From assembly GCF_001194135.2 (NCBI RefSeq), contig NC_068983.1, forward strand, positions 161,805,841 to 161,837,946: a DNA stretch of 32,106 nucleotides, read 5' to 3'. Below the pieces are notes generated by a model. It saw nothing but the letters and a program-made list of their open reading frames with translations, was not told the DNA's origin and did no database searches. The position numbers and the translations under genes are program-made. This DNA comes from Octopus bimaculoides. Taxonomy: Eukaryota. Positions 11,752 through 22,758 of this stretch are shown in pieces. How positions within the stretch are numbered: the first letter of the stretch is position 1; every line of letters begins with the position of its first letter.

Positions 11752-11869
11752 TTCCGGGTTCAGTCCCACTATGCGGCACCTTGGGCAAGTGTCTTCTACT
11801 ATAGCCTCGGGTCGACCAAAGCCCTGTGAGTGGATTTGGTAGACGGAAACTGAAAGAAACCTGTCGAAT

Positions 11870-11938
<69 letters not shown>

Positions 11939-12160
11939 CGCGCGCGCATACGTTTGTGTGTCTGTGTTTGTCCCCCACCATCGCTTGACAACTGATGTTG
12001 GTGTGTCCGCTGATGTCCGCTGTAACCTAGCGGTTTGGCAAAAGAGACCGGTAGAATAAGTATTAGGCTTACAAAGAATAAATCCTGGGGTCGATTTGTT
12101 CGACTAAAGGCGGTGCTCCAGCATGGCCGCAATCAAATGACTGAAACAAATAAAAGAATA
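11752..12160 (+). mobile_element. SINE family A, 5'-truncated
   Basis: B box, core caccttgggcaagtgtctt, internal (TA)n(TG)n, and 3' tail gcatggccgcaatcaaatgactgaaacaaataaaaga. Confidence 0.92.
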
Positions 12161-13000
12161 TATGTATATATATAAATATATATATACATATATATATATC
12201 AGAAGTGTACAGTATTATATAGCCATCAAGGCTGATCTTACCAATTGGTTTCGCACTAGGGGTGCAATGAAGTGTTAGGTAACAATCCGATTATATAACC
12301 CTACGCTCATCAGAGGTAGCCGATATGGAATGAAATATATGGCGACTACTCTCTATGGTTGGAAGTGAAAGAACACATCCAGTTTGCGGTTGCTATGAAA
12401 AGGTGATGAAATGAACCGGGTAGGGGATTTAGTTAAGACATCGCCTCGGTACCAAGACATCGCCACTGGGCTGGTTATGTTTTAAGTTGGGAATTGTGTG
12501 TGTCTTTCGGGTAGGCGTTCTTGTAGAAATAGGATATGTGTGGTGGTACTGTATGTATAACTTTTGCAGGGGGTGTAGGCATCCATTACTGCGTTTTCTT
12601 TTGATATTCGTTAAGGTCATGGGAGCTCTATGTGTGCATACTGTGTGTGTAGGTGTACGATGTGTGTGGGGGAGTTTATATTGGAGGGTGGTGGGAAACG
12701 GACTATTTGGTAGGTGTCCACCGTGTTGTGGCATGCATGTTTGTATGTAGGTGCATTGGTGAATGCTCTGGTCAAACTCTTTGCCGGACTCCAGAGTATT
12801 GGTGGAAAGCCGAGGCTGGGGGACTGCTGGTTGTCGTCATTATGGGGCACGCAGGTATGATAAGATGTGCTTCCTTTCATGTGGGCAAGGATTGAACACT
12901 TCCCTTGTGCTATTCAGGTAAATGCTTGTGTGTTGGGTGCAAGTGCATCTTTTCCTTGACTTATGGAGTTTTAGACGACTTACGTGTGTATGTGTGTATA

Positions 13001-13290
13001 GGCGCAGGCGTGGCTGTGTGGTAAGAAGCTTGCTTCCCAACTATATGGCTCCAAGTTCATCCCTACTGTGTGGCACCTTGGGCAAGTGTCTTCTATTGCA
13101 GCCTCAGCCCAACCAAAGCCTTGTGAGTGGACTTGGTAGAGGGAAACCGAAAGAAGTCTATCGTGTGAGTGTGTGTGTGTGTCTTTAAGTATGTCTTTGT
13201 CTCCCATCATGGCTTGACAACGGCTGTTGCTTGAGTACCTTCCAGTAACTCAACGGTTCGGCAATATTCCGATAGAATTAGTACCGACTT
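13001..13290 (+). mobile_element. SINE family A, older and 3'-truncated copy
   Basis: Begins ggcgcaggcgtggctgtgtggtaagaagc; more diverged than the other copies and lacks the tail. Confidence 0.88.
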
Positions 13291-13892
13291 TCTAAGCCAG
13301 AATCCAAAATTGAATACATAGTTTCAGACGATTGTTTTTTGCTTTTTTGCACTAAGCAATTAATCGGAATGAATTGACCCCTTAGATCTTTTCGAATCCT
13401 ACATGGGTTGTAACTGATAAGAGAGGAAAAACTCTTTGTTTACATTTGACCTAATTTAGTTACAAACACTATAGATACACTATCAAATATCAGTCCACCT
13501 CTTTACAATTCAGTGTCTACCAAGCGCACACATCTTTTCTTCCTCACTCCAAGAAGAGCCCTATCATGCACAACACAATATGTTTTACCGTTTCTATCTA
13601 CCGGGATGGTTTTACTCTCCCCTTTTCTCTAGTAGTCACAAGGATGAAACTACCAACAATCGTACAGAATGAACTGGAGATCAACAAATATCTTGTATCC
13701 ACAAAAAACTACAAACAATTATTTTTATTATTGTAACAACTAATATTATAAACAACATAATAAATGGTCGTTAAAACGCAATTAACATTGTTCTTCTCAT
13801 TCATTTATACGATGCAATTTATCTGCTACACATAATCATTATAATTGATGACCAACTATCATATTTTCGTTAAATGTAGTACACACACACAC

Positions 13893-14467
13893 ACTGGGTT
13901 TGATGGGTAAATTGTTGCTAATTATATTTTTTATATCGCGCACGCACATTGTTTGTTTTTGATTTTGGCAACTACACAGTATAGTAGGGTCAGTAGGGCA
14001 CCATCTGTAAGAAAAACAGCACCAAGATGCAATTCACTCAGCCAGAAATTTGGAAAGGCATGCTGTGCTGTACTGGTTGGCATTTGCGCCAGAATCTCTA
14101 ATATGAACATTTCAGAGTGTTTGGGTATCAATCTGAGGAGAGTGCAATCTGGGGACATGTACCGAGAGTGATAAAAATCAAACATCCAGTCAACATGATG
14201 GTGTTTGGAGTGATCACTAGTGATGGTGACGTTATGCCTCCATTCATCTCCCCACACGACCTCACACTCAACATGGAGACCAACATCAAGTGCCTTGAGG
14301 AGGTGGTACTGCTCTGGGTCAAAATGGTGGCTGTTGAAAGACCCTATGTTTGGCAACAGGATTCTGCACCATGTCACACCGGCAGGAAAACCCAGTCATA
14401 GCTGTCAGACAATTTCTGCGACCACATCACCCCTAACAACTGGCCACCTAACTCCTCAGACCGCAAC
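13893..14467 (+). pseudogene. Tc1/mariner DD37D (maT-like) element, left part, internally deleted
   Basis: Putative left end ctgggtttgatgggtaaattg; ATG at 14027 opens an HTH-like N-terminus (MQFTQPEIW..GICARISNMNISECLGINLRRVQ) joined to the catalytic region KHPVNMMVFGVITSDG...WQQDSAPCH...WPPNSSDRN. Confidence 0.85.
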
Positions 14468-16436
14468 ATCATCATCATCATCATCATCATCGTTTAACGT
14501 CCGCTTTCCATGCTAGCATGGGTTGGACGATTTGACTGAGGACTGGTGAAACCGAATGGCAACACCAGGCTCCAATCTAATTTGGCAGAGTTTCTACAGC
14601 TGGATGCCCTTCCTAACGCCAACCACTCAGAGAGTGTAGTGGGTGCTTTTACGTGTCACCCGCACGAGGGCCAGTCAGGCGGTACTGGCAACGGCCACGC
14701 TCAAAATGGTATATTTTATGTGCCACTCGCACAAGAGCCAGTCCAGGGGCACTGGCAACGNNNNNNNNNNNNNNNNNNNNNNNNNNNNNNNNNNNNNNNN
14801 NNNNNNNNNNNNNNNNNNNNNNNNNNNNNNNNNNNNNNNNNNNNNNNNNNNNNNNNNNNNNNNNNNNNNNNNNNNNNNNNNNNNNNNNNNNNNNNNNNNN
14901 NNNNNNNNNNNNNNNNNNNNNNNNNNNNNNNNNNNNNNNNNNNNNNNNNNNNNNNNNNNNNNNNNNNNNNNNNNNNNNNNNNNNNNNNNNNNNNNNNNNN
15001 NNNNNNNNNNNNNNNNNNNNNNNNNNNNNNNNNNNNNNNNNNNNNNNNNNNNNNNNNNNNNNNNNNNNNNNNNNNNNNNNNNNNNNNNNNNNNNNNNNNN
15101 NNNNNNNNNNNNNNNNNNNNNNNNNNNNNNNNNNNNNNNNNNNNNNNNNNNNNNNNNNNNNNNNNNNNNNNNNNNNNNNNNNNNNNNNNNNNNNNNNNNN
15201 NNNNNNNNNNNNNNNNNNNNNNNNNNNNNNNNNNNNNNNNNNNNNNNNNNNNNNNNNNNNNNNNNNNNNNNNNNNNNNNNNNNNNNNNNNNNNNNNNNNN
15301 NNNNNNNNNNNNNNNNNNNNNNNNNNNNNACACATGCGTCATACAGTCTGCCTTTTACTCTGAGTGAGAGTCCCTTTGTCGCCAGCAGAGGTAAGAGCTC
15401 TCTAAACTTTGCCCAGGCTATTCTTATTCTAGCAGCTACACTTTCAGCGCACCCACCCCCTACTACTAACTTGGTCACCTAGATAGCGGAAGCTATCGAC
15501 TACCTCTAGTTTTTCTCCCTGGAATGATATAGAAGTTGTTTCCTGTTTGTTTACAGTGTTTATTACACCTGAACATCTGCCACATACAAAAACTAACTTC
15601 CTAGTTAACCTGCCTTTGATATTGCTGCACCTCTTATGTGTCCATAGCTTGCACCGGGTACATCTTATAGAGTGACTGCCTACACCTTTTCTACATATTG
15701 AGCAGGGCCATCTACCCGAAGGGGTTTGTGTTTATCTACCTTCCTACTTATTAGGATTTTGGTTTTAGCTAGGTTGACTCTAAGGCCCTTCGATTCTAGT
15801 CCTTGCTTCCACACCTGAAACTTCTCTAGTTCTGATAGTGACTCCGCAATTAGGGCAAGGTCATCAGCATAGAGGAGCTCCCAGGGGCAACCTGTCTTGA
15901 ATTCCTCTGTGATCGCCTGGAGGACTATGATAAATAGGAGGGGGCTGAGGACTGAACCTTGGTGGACCCCTACCTCTANNNNNNNNNNNNNNNNNNNNNN
16001 NNNNNNNNNNNNNNNNNNNNNNNNNNNNNNNNNNNNNNNNNNNNNNNNNNNNNNNNNNNNNNNNNNNNNNNNNNNNNNNNNNNNNNNNNNNNNNNNNNNN
16101 NNNNNNNNNNNNNNNNNNNNNCATTGACCACTAGATAAGGGATCGGGGGACCCTGTCAAAGGCTTTCTCCATGTCAACGAAGGCCAGGTACAGAGGTTTA
16201 TCCTTGGCTAGATATTTCTCCTGCAGCTGTCTCACTAGAAATATGGCATCGGTGGTGCTTTTATCTGGCACGAACCCAAACTGCATCTCATCTAAATTGA
16301 TTCGCTCCCTAATTAGTTGGGCTATGACCCTCTCCGTAACTTTCATAACCTGATCTAACAGCTTGATGCCTCTGTAATTATCTGTATCTAAGGTGTCACC
16401 TTTACCTTTGTAGCAGTTTACTATGGTGCTGCTACA
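14468..16436 (-). mobile_element. 5'-truncated RTE-clade LINE (RT domain to 3' UTR with (GAT)n tail), two internal gaps
   Basis: NYRGIKLL..MQFGF..YLAFVDMEKAFDRVPR, VGVHQGSVLSPLLF..LLYADDL and RIRIAWAKFRELLPLL..KGRLYDAC; tail ...ggaaagcggacgttaaacgatgatgat. Confidence 0.93.
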
Positions 16437-16586
16437 ACCCCCTTGATTATTACGTGTGGGGTGCGGTTGAGTGAGAGACCAACAAAACTCCTTGTAACAC
16501 CAAAGATGAACTGAAGGCAAGGATTATGGCAGCATTCACCAACTTAAACAAGGAGACTGTCAAGAAGAGTTGCAGGAGATTCCGAA
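16435..16586 (+). pseudogene. Tc1/mariner DD37D element, right part (no right TIR seen)
   Basis: aac ccc ctt gat tat tac gtg tgg ggt gcg gtt gag = NPLDYYVWGAVE*ETNKTPCNTKDELKARIMAAF..., continuing the frame broken at 14467. Confidence 0.85.
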
Positions 16587-16599
16587 GATACACACACAT

Positions 16600-16760
16600 A
16601 TATATAGTTGAAATTTACAGAAAAACACAAGACGAAGACAAGTGTATGAACAACAAGTAGGTGTATCAGTTTGACACTCGGGAAAGTGAGAAAGTCTTTT
16701 ACATTTCGAGCCTACGCTCTTCAACAGAAAGGAATAAGAGAAAATAAACAGAGAGAAATT
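16600..16760 (-). mobile_element. Probable Penelope-like element terminal segment
   Basis: Minus-strand ctgttgaagagcgtaggctcgaaatgta resembles the CTGAnGA...CGAAACGT terminal signature of PLEs; a GIY-YIG remnant lies nearby. Confidence 0.5.
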
Positions 16761-16959
16761 AAAAAAACTTGTGGATTAGCAGTCAAGCATGGTGACTTGT
16801 CGGAAAAAATGGTTTGACAGGTGAGGTTGAAAGAAGGGAAGATAATAAAGTATTGGTGACCCTTACACGAAGGTCTGTATGCGTGTGTATGTGAGAATGT
16901 GTAAGTGTGTGTGTAGATAGGGGCAAGTGACTTTTACGTATGTGAATGTGTGCAAGTGT

Positions 16960-17008
16960 GTGTGCATCTGTAACGTGTGGGTGTGCATCTGTAACGTGTG
17001 GGTGTGCA
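16960..17008. repeat. 21-bp tandem repeat, ~2.3 copies
   Basis: gtgtgcatctgtaacgtgtgg twice plus gtgtgca. Confidence 0.9.
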
Positions 17009-17099
17009 GATGATGGTGTGTAGTGTGGGTGCTGGGAAGTGGTCAGTGCTAGTGTGTGTGTGGAGTGGTGTGGGGTATAGCTTACGATGTACTGAGGGA

Positions 17100-17237
17100 T
17101 GGTGCTGAATCATGACAACTACCTACATTTGAGAGACTGCACGCAACATAGGAGAATGCATAGTTGAACATTGGCGAGAGCTCAAAGAAGGGAAAAGCTC
17201 GTCGGTGCTCTACCAACATGCTCAGGCAAGAGGTTAA
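17100..17237 (+). pseudogene. GIY-YIG endonuclease remnant (Penelope-like element)
   Basis: 17124-17234 translates YI*ETARNIGECIVEHWRELKEGKSSSVLYQHAQ; tga for gga would restore YIGETxR..R..EH. Confidence 0.65.
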
Positions 17238-17505
17238 AGTATTATCGACACATAGAACTGACACGACACTTACACATCTAACACTAGACAGACAGAGCCT
17301 CAATAGAAAACACGAATGGAACAGTAACACCCACCACCACACCACATGACTAAAGGCAGAAGGAATGAGAAGAGAGAGGGAAAAAATGTGTAAATAATAC
17401 ACAGAAACAAACAGGGTAATATACACACAATAGACATATATGCATTTAACCTGTGATACTTATGAGAAATAGAGATATGTGTATAAAAAATATATATAAA
17501 TAAAT

Positions 17506-17788
17506 AAAGAAGAAAAACGTTTATAATTATGAACAAGTCATGGTTATAATTAAGAGGGTTAAAAAACCCTTACGTGTTAAAAATAGCAGCCAAAACCGAT
17601 ATAGCGCCATTATATCACTCATATTATTTCTCCTCAGGATAAAAACAGTTTTTATCGTGAGCAGAAATAATATGAGTGATATAATGGCGCTATATCGGTT
17701 TTGGCTGCTATTTTTAACACGTAAGGGTTTTTTAACCCTCTTAATTATAACCATGACTTGTTCATAATTATAAACGTTTTTCTTCTTT
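17506..17788. repeat. 283-bp near-perfect palindrome (141-bp arms, 1-nt centre at 17647)
   Basis: Arms are reverse complements except for two mismatches near the centre (ctCctcaGga versus ctGctcaCga). Confidence 0.97.
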
Positions 17789-18807
17789 GTATCTTATGAT
17801 AACATGTTTGGCTATTGATATATTCATAAATAATCTTGATTATTTATAATATATCCTCCATAATGTTTTTACGTTATTCTCTACCTATATAAATATATAA
17901 ATAGATAAATACATAAATAACTAAATGCACAAATATATTTGTCACATATCTGTGGTAAAATTTAAGACATAGACATAGATAAAATAAATAGATAAATCTA
18001 TATAAAGGGAATAGATAGATACAACATACGAAGCGAACCCATACAAATATACACACAAGAAATTTCATGGACGACCACAACAATATCAACAACACGATTA
18101 ACAACAGCAGCAGCAGCAGCGGCGGTGACAATGATGGCAATAATAACAACAACAATTATCACTACCACGATGGCAACACTGGGTGAACACACGTACACAG
18201 AGGAACACAGGGACCCTACCATTTTTTGGGGGGGGAGGGAGCTTAGGACAGTAGCAGCACAATGGGGTGAGAGGATGGGGCTGAGGGGAAGGCTACACTG
18301 CTGCTAAAAACTATAACACACACACACAAGTATACACAGACGCACGCACACACGCACACACATACACAAATAGGGACACAAACGCATGCGCACATAAGGA
18401 TACACATCTTAGAAGAACAGAATGGAGTAAGTGGAGCAAGAACACACACGAAAACGAAAAGTGTCGCTGAAGAGGTCACAGATGTGTGATGAAAGATGTC
18501 CACACAATGGACATGAGTTAGAATAATATAGGAAATAGTAATAAACGAGTGAAGAGCAAATATATAGGGTGTGTGTTTATTTGGCACAAAAATACAAAAC
18601 AATTACCATCCCGAAATACAACAATATCTGTTTCATGACACGATTTCACATCAGGAATCTTGTAAAAAGAATTGACATACATACATACATATATATGCAT
18701 ATGCATGTCTATCTATCTTTTTATCTATATATAGTAATCCCTCGACTATCGCAGGTGTTTCAAAACCCCCTGGCAATAGGTGAAAATCTGTGAAGTAGAA
18801 ACAATAC

Positions 18808-19182
18808 TGGCTGTGTGGTAAGTAGCTTGCTTACCAACCACCATTCCCACTGCTTGGCACCTTGGGCAAGTGTCTTCTACTATAGCCTCGGGCCAACCAA
18901 AGCCTTGTGAGTGGATTTGGTAGACGGAAACTGAAAGAAGCCTGTCGTATATATGTATATATATATGTGTGTTTGTGTGTCTGTGTTTGTCCCCCCAACA
19001 TCGCCTGACAACCGATGCTGGTGTGTTTACATCCCCGTAACTTAGCGGTTCGGCAAAAGAGACCAATAGAATAAGTACTAGGCATCCAAAGAATAAGTCC
19101 TGGGGTCGATTTACTCGACTAAAGGCGGTGCTCCAGCATGGCCACAGTCAAATGACTGAAACAAGAAAAAGAGTAAAAGAGT
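18808..19182 (+). mobile_element. SINE family A, near full length
   Basis: Head, core, internal microsatellite and (gtaaaaga)-type tail present; short deletion across the B box. Confidence 0.93.
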
Positions 19183-19331
19183 ATTTATTTTATTATAAAT
19201 GCAAAACAACACCACAGAGGAATCGATGTTAGCTTAAATAATAAACCGCGACAGGTGAACCACAATATGGCAAGGGATAACTGTATACACACACACACAT
19301 GTACGCACACACACATACACATTATTAGTAC

Positions 19332-19447
19332 TTAGCAGAAGTGACTCAAGGGCCGAGAGATTCATACGTTGGCACTTATCAAAAAGTTTGATAAGTGCCA
19401 TCGCACGAAACGCTCAGAGCTGAAGGTCACTCTGTTACTTCTGATAA
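19332..19447. mobile_element. ~116-bp palindromic MITE-like element (relatives at 23263-23389 and ~6755-6803)
   Basis: Outer IR ttagcagaagt / acttctgataa; perfect inner 14-bp IR tggcacttatcaaa-aag-tttgataagtgcca. Confidence 0.7.
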
Positions 19448-19553
19448 ATATTGATAAAAATATACATATTGTTTGAGTTCTATTTTTCCTGTTTGCACCA
19501 ACATACATACATACATACACACACACACCTATGTGTGTGTGTATGTTGGACAA

Positions 19554-19661
19554 CATCTGTGAGAAAAACAGCACCAAGATGCAATTCACTCAGCCAGAAA
19601 TTTGGAAATGGCATGCTGTGCTGTACCGGTTGGCATTTGCACCAGAAGCTAATATGAACAT
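19554..19661 (+). mobile_element. Second 5' fragment of the DD37D element
   Basis: catctgtgagaaaaacagcaccaagatgcaattcactcagccagaaatttggaa...aatatgaacat closely matches ~14002-14109. Confidence 0.88.
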
Positions 19662-19856
19662 ATATATATGCATATATACATACATATATGTACATACATA
19701 CATATATATGTATATAGATATGCATACATGGGTACAGGATGTCACAAAACGTAAACAACATGAAATACAAAAATATAGTTGGGTACGCAAACAACGAGAG
19801 AAACAAACGGAAAACAAGACAAGTAACATAAAAAACGACCCTTGTCCAGGCAGTGA

Positions 19857-19860
<4 letters not shown>

Positions 19861-19907
<47 letters not shown>

Positions 19908-19924
19908 TAATAATAATAACAACA
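19861..19924. repeat. (AAT)n microsatellite
   Basis: Read directly. Confidence 0.95.
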
Positions 19925-19925
19925 T

Positions 19926-20120
19926 TGAAAAATACCTCAGGAATGAGAACCCAGGTTCGAAATTTCCCCAAGACACCTGATGAAGGCTGGAGAGTATATC
20001 AGCTGAAATGCTGTGTTAACAACAAACAAGATGAGGACAAATATCTGTCAAATGTAAATAATGTAAATAAAGTAAATACTGTACATAATTCCTCATCTCT
20101 TAAATATAGAACTGAACTTA
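19926..20120 (+). mobile_element. Probable Penelope-like element 3' terminal repeat with a decayed hammerhead-like motif
   Basis: gacacCTGATGAaggctg...cagctGAAAtgctgtgtt at 19972-20017. Confidence 0.55.
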
Positions 20121-20437
20121 ACATCCTATTGCCTATAACAGTATATTGCTGAATATAAATTTCAATAAATTCAGTAAGTAATGTAATTTTTACTCCTATC
20201 AGCCCTCATAAAGATTTCCATTATTTGCATGGTTATACCTGTTCTTCTATAAAAGCTTCAAGTTATCTCATACCTTGGTAATGTGCTGAATGCAAATCTA
20301 CCGTGAATATCACTTTTTCCCTGATGAAAGAGACATTCTCTAAAAATGAATTTTTAGATGCATTTTTTTACCCAGAAATGGCCGAATATTTTCTTTTAAT
20401 AACCTGAAACCTTATTCTGATGCCTATAATTATCTAC

Positions 20438-21223
20438 TCTCTTTTCTCTCTTTTACTCTTTTACTTGTTTCAGTCATTTGACTGCGGCCATGCTGGAACA
20501 CTGCCTTTTAGTCAAACAAATTGACCCCAGGACTTAGTCTTTGTAAGCCTAGTACTTATTCGATCAAGTTCTTTTGCCGAACCGCTAAATTATGGGGACG
20601 TAAACACACCAGCATCGGTTGTCAAGCGATGTTGGGGGGACAAACAGACACACAAACACACACATACATATATATATATATCATCATCATCATCGTTTAA
20701 CGTCCGCTTTCCATGCTAGCATGGGTTGGACAACTTGACTGAGGACTGGTGAAACCGGATGGCAACACCAGGCTCCAATCTAAATTTGGCAGAGTTTCTA
20801 CAGCTGGATGCCCTTCCTAACGCCAACCACTCAGANNNNNNNNNNNNNNNNNNNNNNNNNNNNNNNNNNNNNNNNNNNNNNNNNNNNNNNNNNNNNNNNN
20901 NNNNNNNNNNNNNNNNNNNNNNNNNNNNNNNNNNNNNNNNNNNNNNNNNNNNNNNNNNNNNNNNNNNNNNNNNNNNNNNNNNNNNNNNNNNNNNNNNNNN
21001 NNNNNNNNNNNNNNNNNNNNNNNNNNNNNNNNNNNNNNNNNNNNNNNNNNNNNNNNNNNNNNNNNNNNNNNNNNNNNNNNNNNNNNNNNNNNNNNNNNNN
21101 NNNNNNNNNNNNNNNNNNNNNNNNNNNNNNNNNNNNNNNNNNNNNNNNNNNNNNNNNNNNNNNNNNNNNNNNNNNNNNNNNNNNNNNNNNNNNNNNNNNN
21201 NNNNNNCACACACACACACACAC

Positions 21224-21289
<66 letters not shown>

Positions 21290-21438
21290 GACAGGCTTCT
21301 TTCAGTTTCCGTCTACCAAATCCACTCACAAGGCTTTGTTTGGCCCGAGGCTATAGTAGAAGACACTTGCCCAAGGTGCCACGCAGTGGGACTGAACCCG
21401 GGACCATGTGGTTGGTAAGCAAGCTACTTACCTGCGCC
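20438..21438 (-). mobile_element. SINE family A interrupted in its internal microsatellite by an RTE 3' end and a gap
   Basis: 3' part at 20438-20680, 5' part at 21207-21438 ending cctgcgcc. Confidence 0.88.
20681..20835 (-). mobile_element. RTE LINE 3' end with (GAT)n tail, continuing into the gap
   Basis: Nearly identical to 14468-14630. Confidence 0.9.
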
Positions 21439-21496
21439 TATGTTTATACTTTCATATTCATATATTCATTTGTTCATATATATATTTATAATATTC

Positions 21497-21520
21497 CAGG
21501 AGTGGCTGTGTGGTAAGCTT
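21497..21520 (+). mobile_element. Very short SINE family A head fragment
   Basis: caggagtggctgtgtggtaagc only. Confidence 0.5.
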
Positions 21521-21801
21521 CTCACCACACAACTATGCCTCCCATTATTCTTCACTGCTTCATTACTTTGCAATATCAACAACACTTCTGATGTTGCTAG
21601 GAAACCTGAAATTGACACCAATATTTTCTTTAAAGAAAATTTCAGACATATTGTGCTACTGGTTTTAGCAAGAAATCTGCCTCATTTTTATTTACACTGA
21701 CAGAATATTATTATTTTAAAATAATATTATTTACAATGCAAATATAGTCTTTAATATAAGAAAACAAATGCATGAACTTTATGCTATTTCTAGCAGAAAT
21801 A

Positions 21802-21926
21802 TCTATCTATCTATCTATCCATTTATCTATCTGTCTACCTACCTGTCCATCTACCTACCTACCTACCTACCTACCTACCTATCTATCTATCTATCTACCT
21901 ACCTATCTATCTATCTTTCTACCTAC

Positions 21927-21965
<39 letters not shown>

Positions 21966-22105
21966 CCTACCTGTCTGTCTATCTACCTATCTGTCTACCT
22001 ACCTACCTACCTATATACCTCCCTACCTACTTACTGACCTACCTACCGACCTACCTACCTATTTTACCTACCTACCAACCTACCTACCTACCTATCTATC
22101 TATAT
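21802..22105. repeat. Compound (CTAT)n/(CCTA)n tetranucleotide microsatellite
   Basis: Read directly; explains track ORFs 21768..22037 and 21772..22581. Confidence 0.95.
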
Positions 22106-22156
22106 CTTTACAAGTTTGGCAAATCAAACAGGAAAAAACAGAACTCAAGACACGTT

Positions 22157-22547
22157 CTTTTACTTCTTTCAATCATTTGACTGCGGCCATGCTGGAACAC
22201 CGCCTTTCGTCAAGGAAATTGACCCCAAGACTTATTCTTTGTAAACCTAGTACTTATTCTATTGGCCTCTTTTGCCAAACCGCTAAGTTATGGGGACGTA
22301 AGCATACCAGCATCGGTTGTCAAGCAATGTTGGGAGTACAAACACAGACACACAAATACACACACACACACACATATATATATATACACACACAACAGGC
22401 TTCTTTCAGTTTCTGTCTACCCAATCCACTCACAAGGCTTTGGTTGGCCCGAGGCTATAGAAGAAGACACTTGCCCAAGGTGTCATGCATTGAGACTGAA
22501 CCCGGAACCATGTGGTTGGTAAGCAAGCTACTTACCACACAGCCACG
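22157..22547 (-). mobile_element. SINE family A, near full length
   Basis: Tail to head, ending cttaccacacagccacg. Confidence 0.93.
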
Positions 22548-22727
22548 TTCTGCTCTGATTTTGCTGTCCTTTTCCCTCTAATATATAGCTGCTAACTCGG
22601 AAGCCTATTACGAATCTCTAGCTCCAGCCTCACCTGTGAACTTGAAAACTAAAAGATGATCAATTATAGCACTTATGCATTTCTTTAGATCACCAGTGGA
22701 CTAAACCCTTCATATTCGGTGTGTGTA

Positions 22728-22758
<31 letters not shown>

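Noticed and set aside
12234-12256. 23-bp identity gatcttaccaattggtttcgcac with 29541-29563
   Set aside because: Real but too short to classify; most likely a fragment of another dispersed repeat.
12429-12895. Overlapping ORFs in GT-rich sequence
   Set aside because: Low complexity with no motif I could identify; probably a decayed repeat, left unclassified.
17627-17637. Minus-strand CTGAGGA-GAAA at the palindrome mismatch site
   Set aside because: No stem II between the two core segments, so it is not a hammerhead.
17527-17767. Pair of nearly identical 75-aa ORFs on opposite strands
   Set aside because: A direct consequence of the palindrome; no recognisable domain.
19480-19980. ORFs with poly-I/N/L, YI/HT/CV or LSIY runs (also 21768-22581, 29032-29283)
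   Set aside because: Translations of microsatellites.
20321-20350. CTGATGA followed by an agag/ctct stem
   Set aside because: AAAA instead of GAAA, and no stem I or stem III partner.
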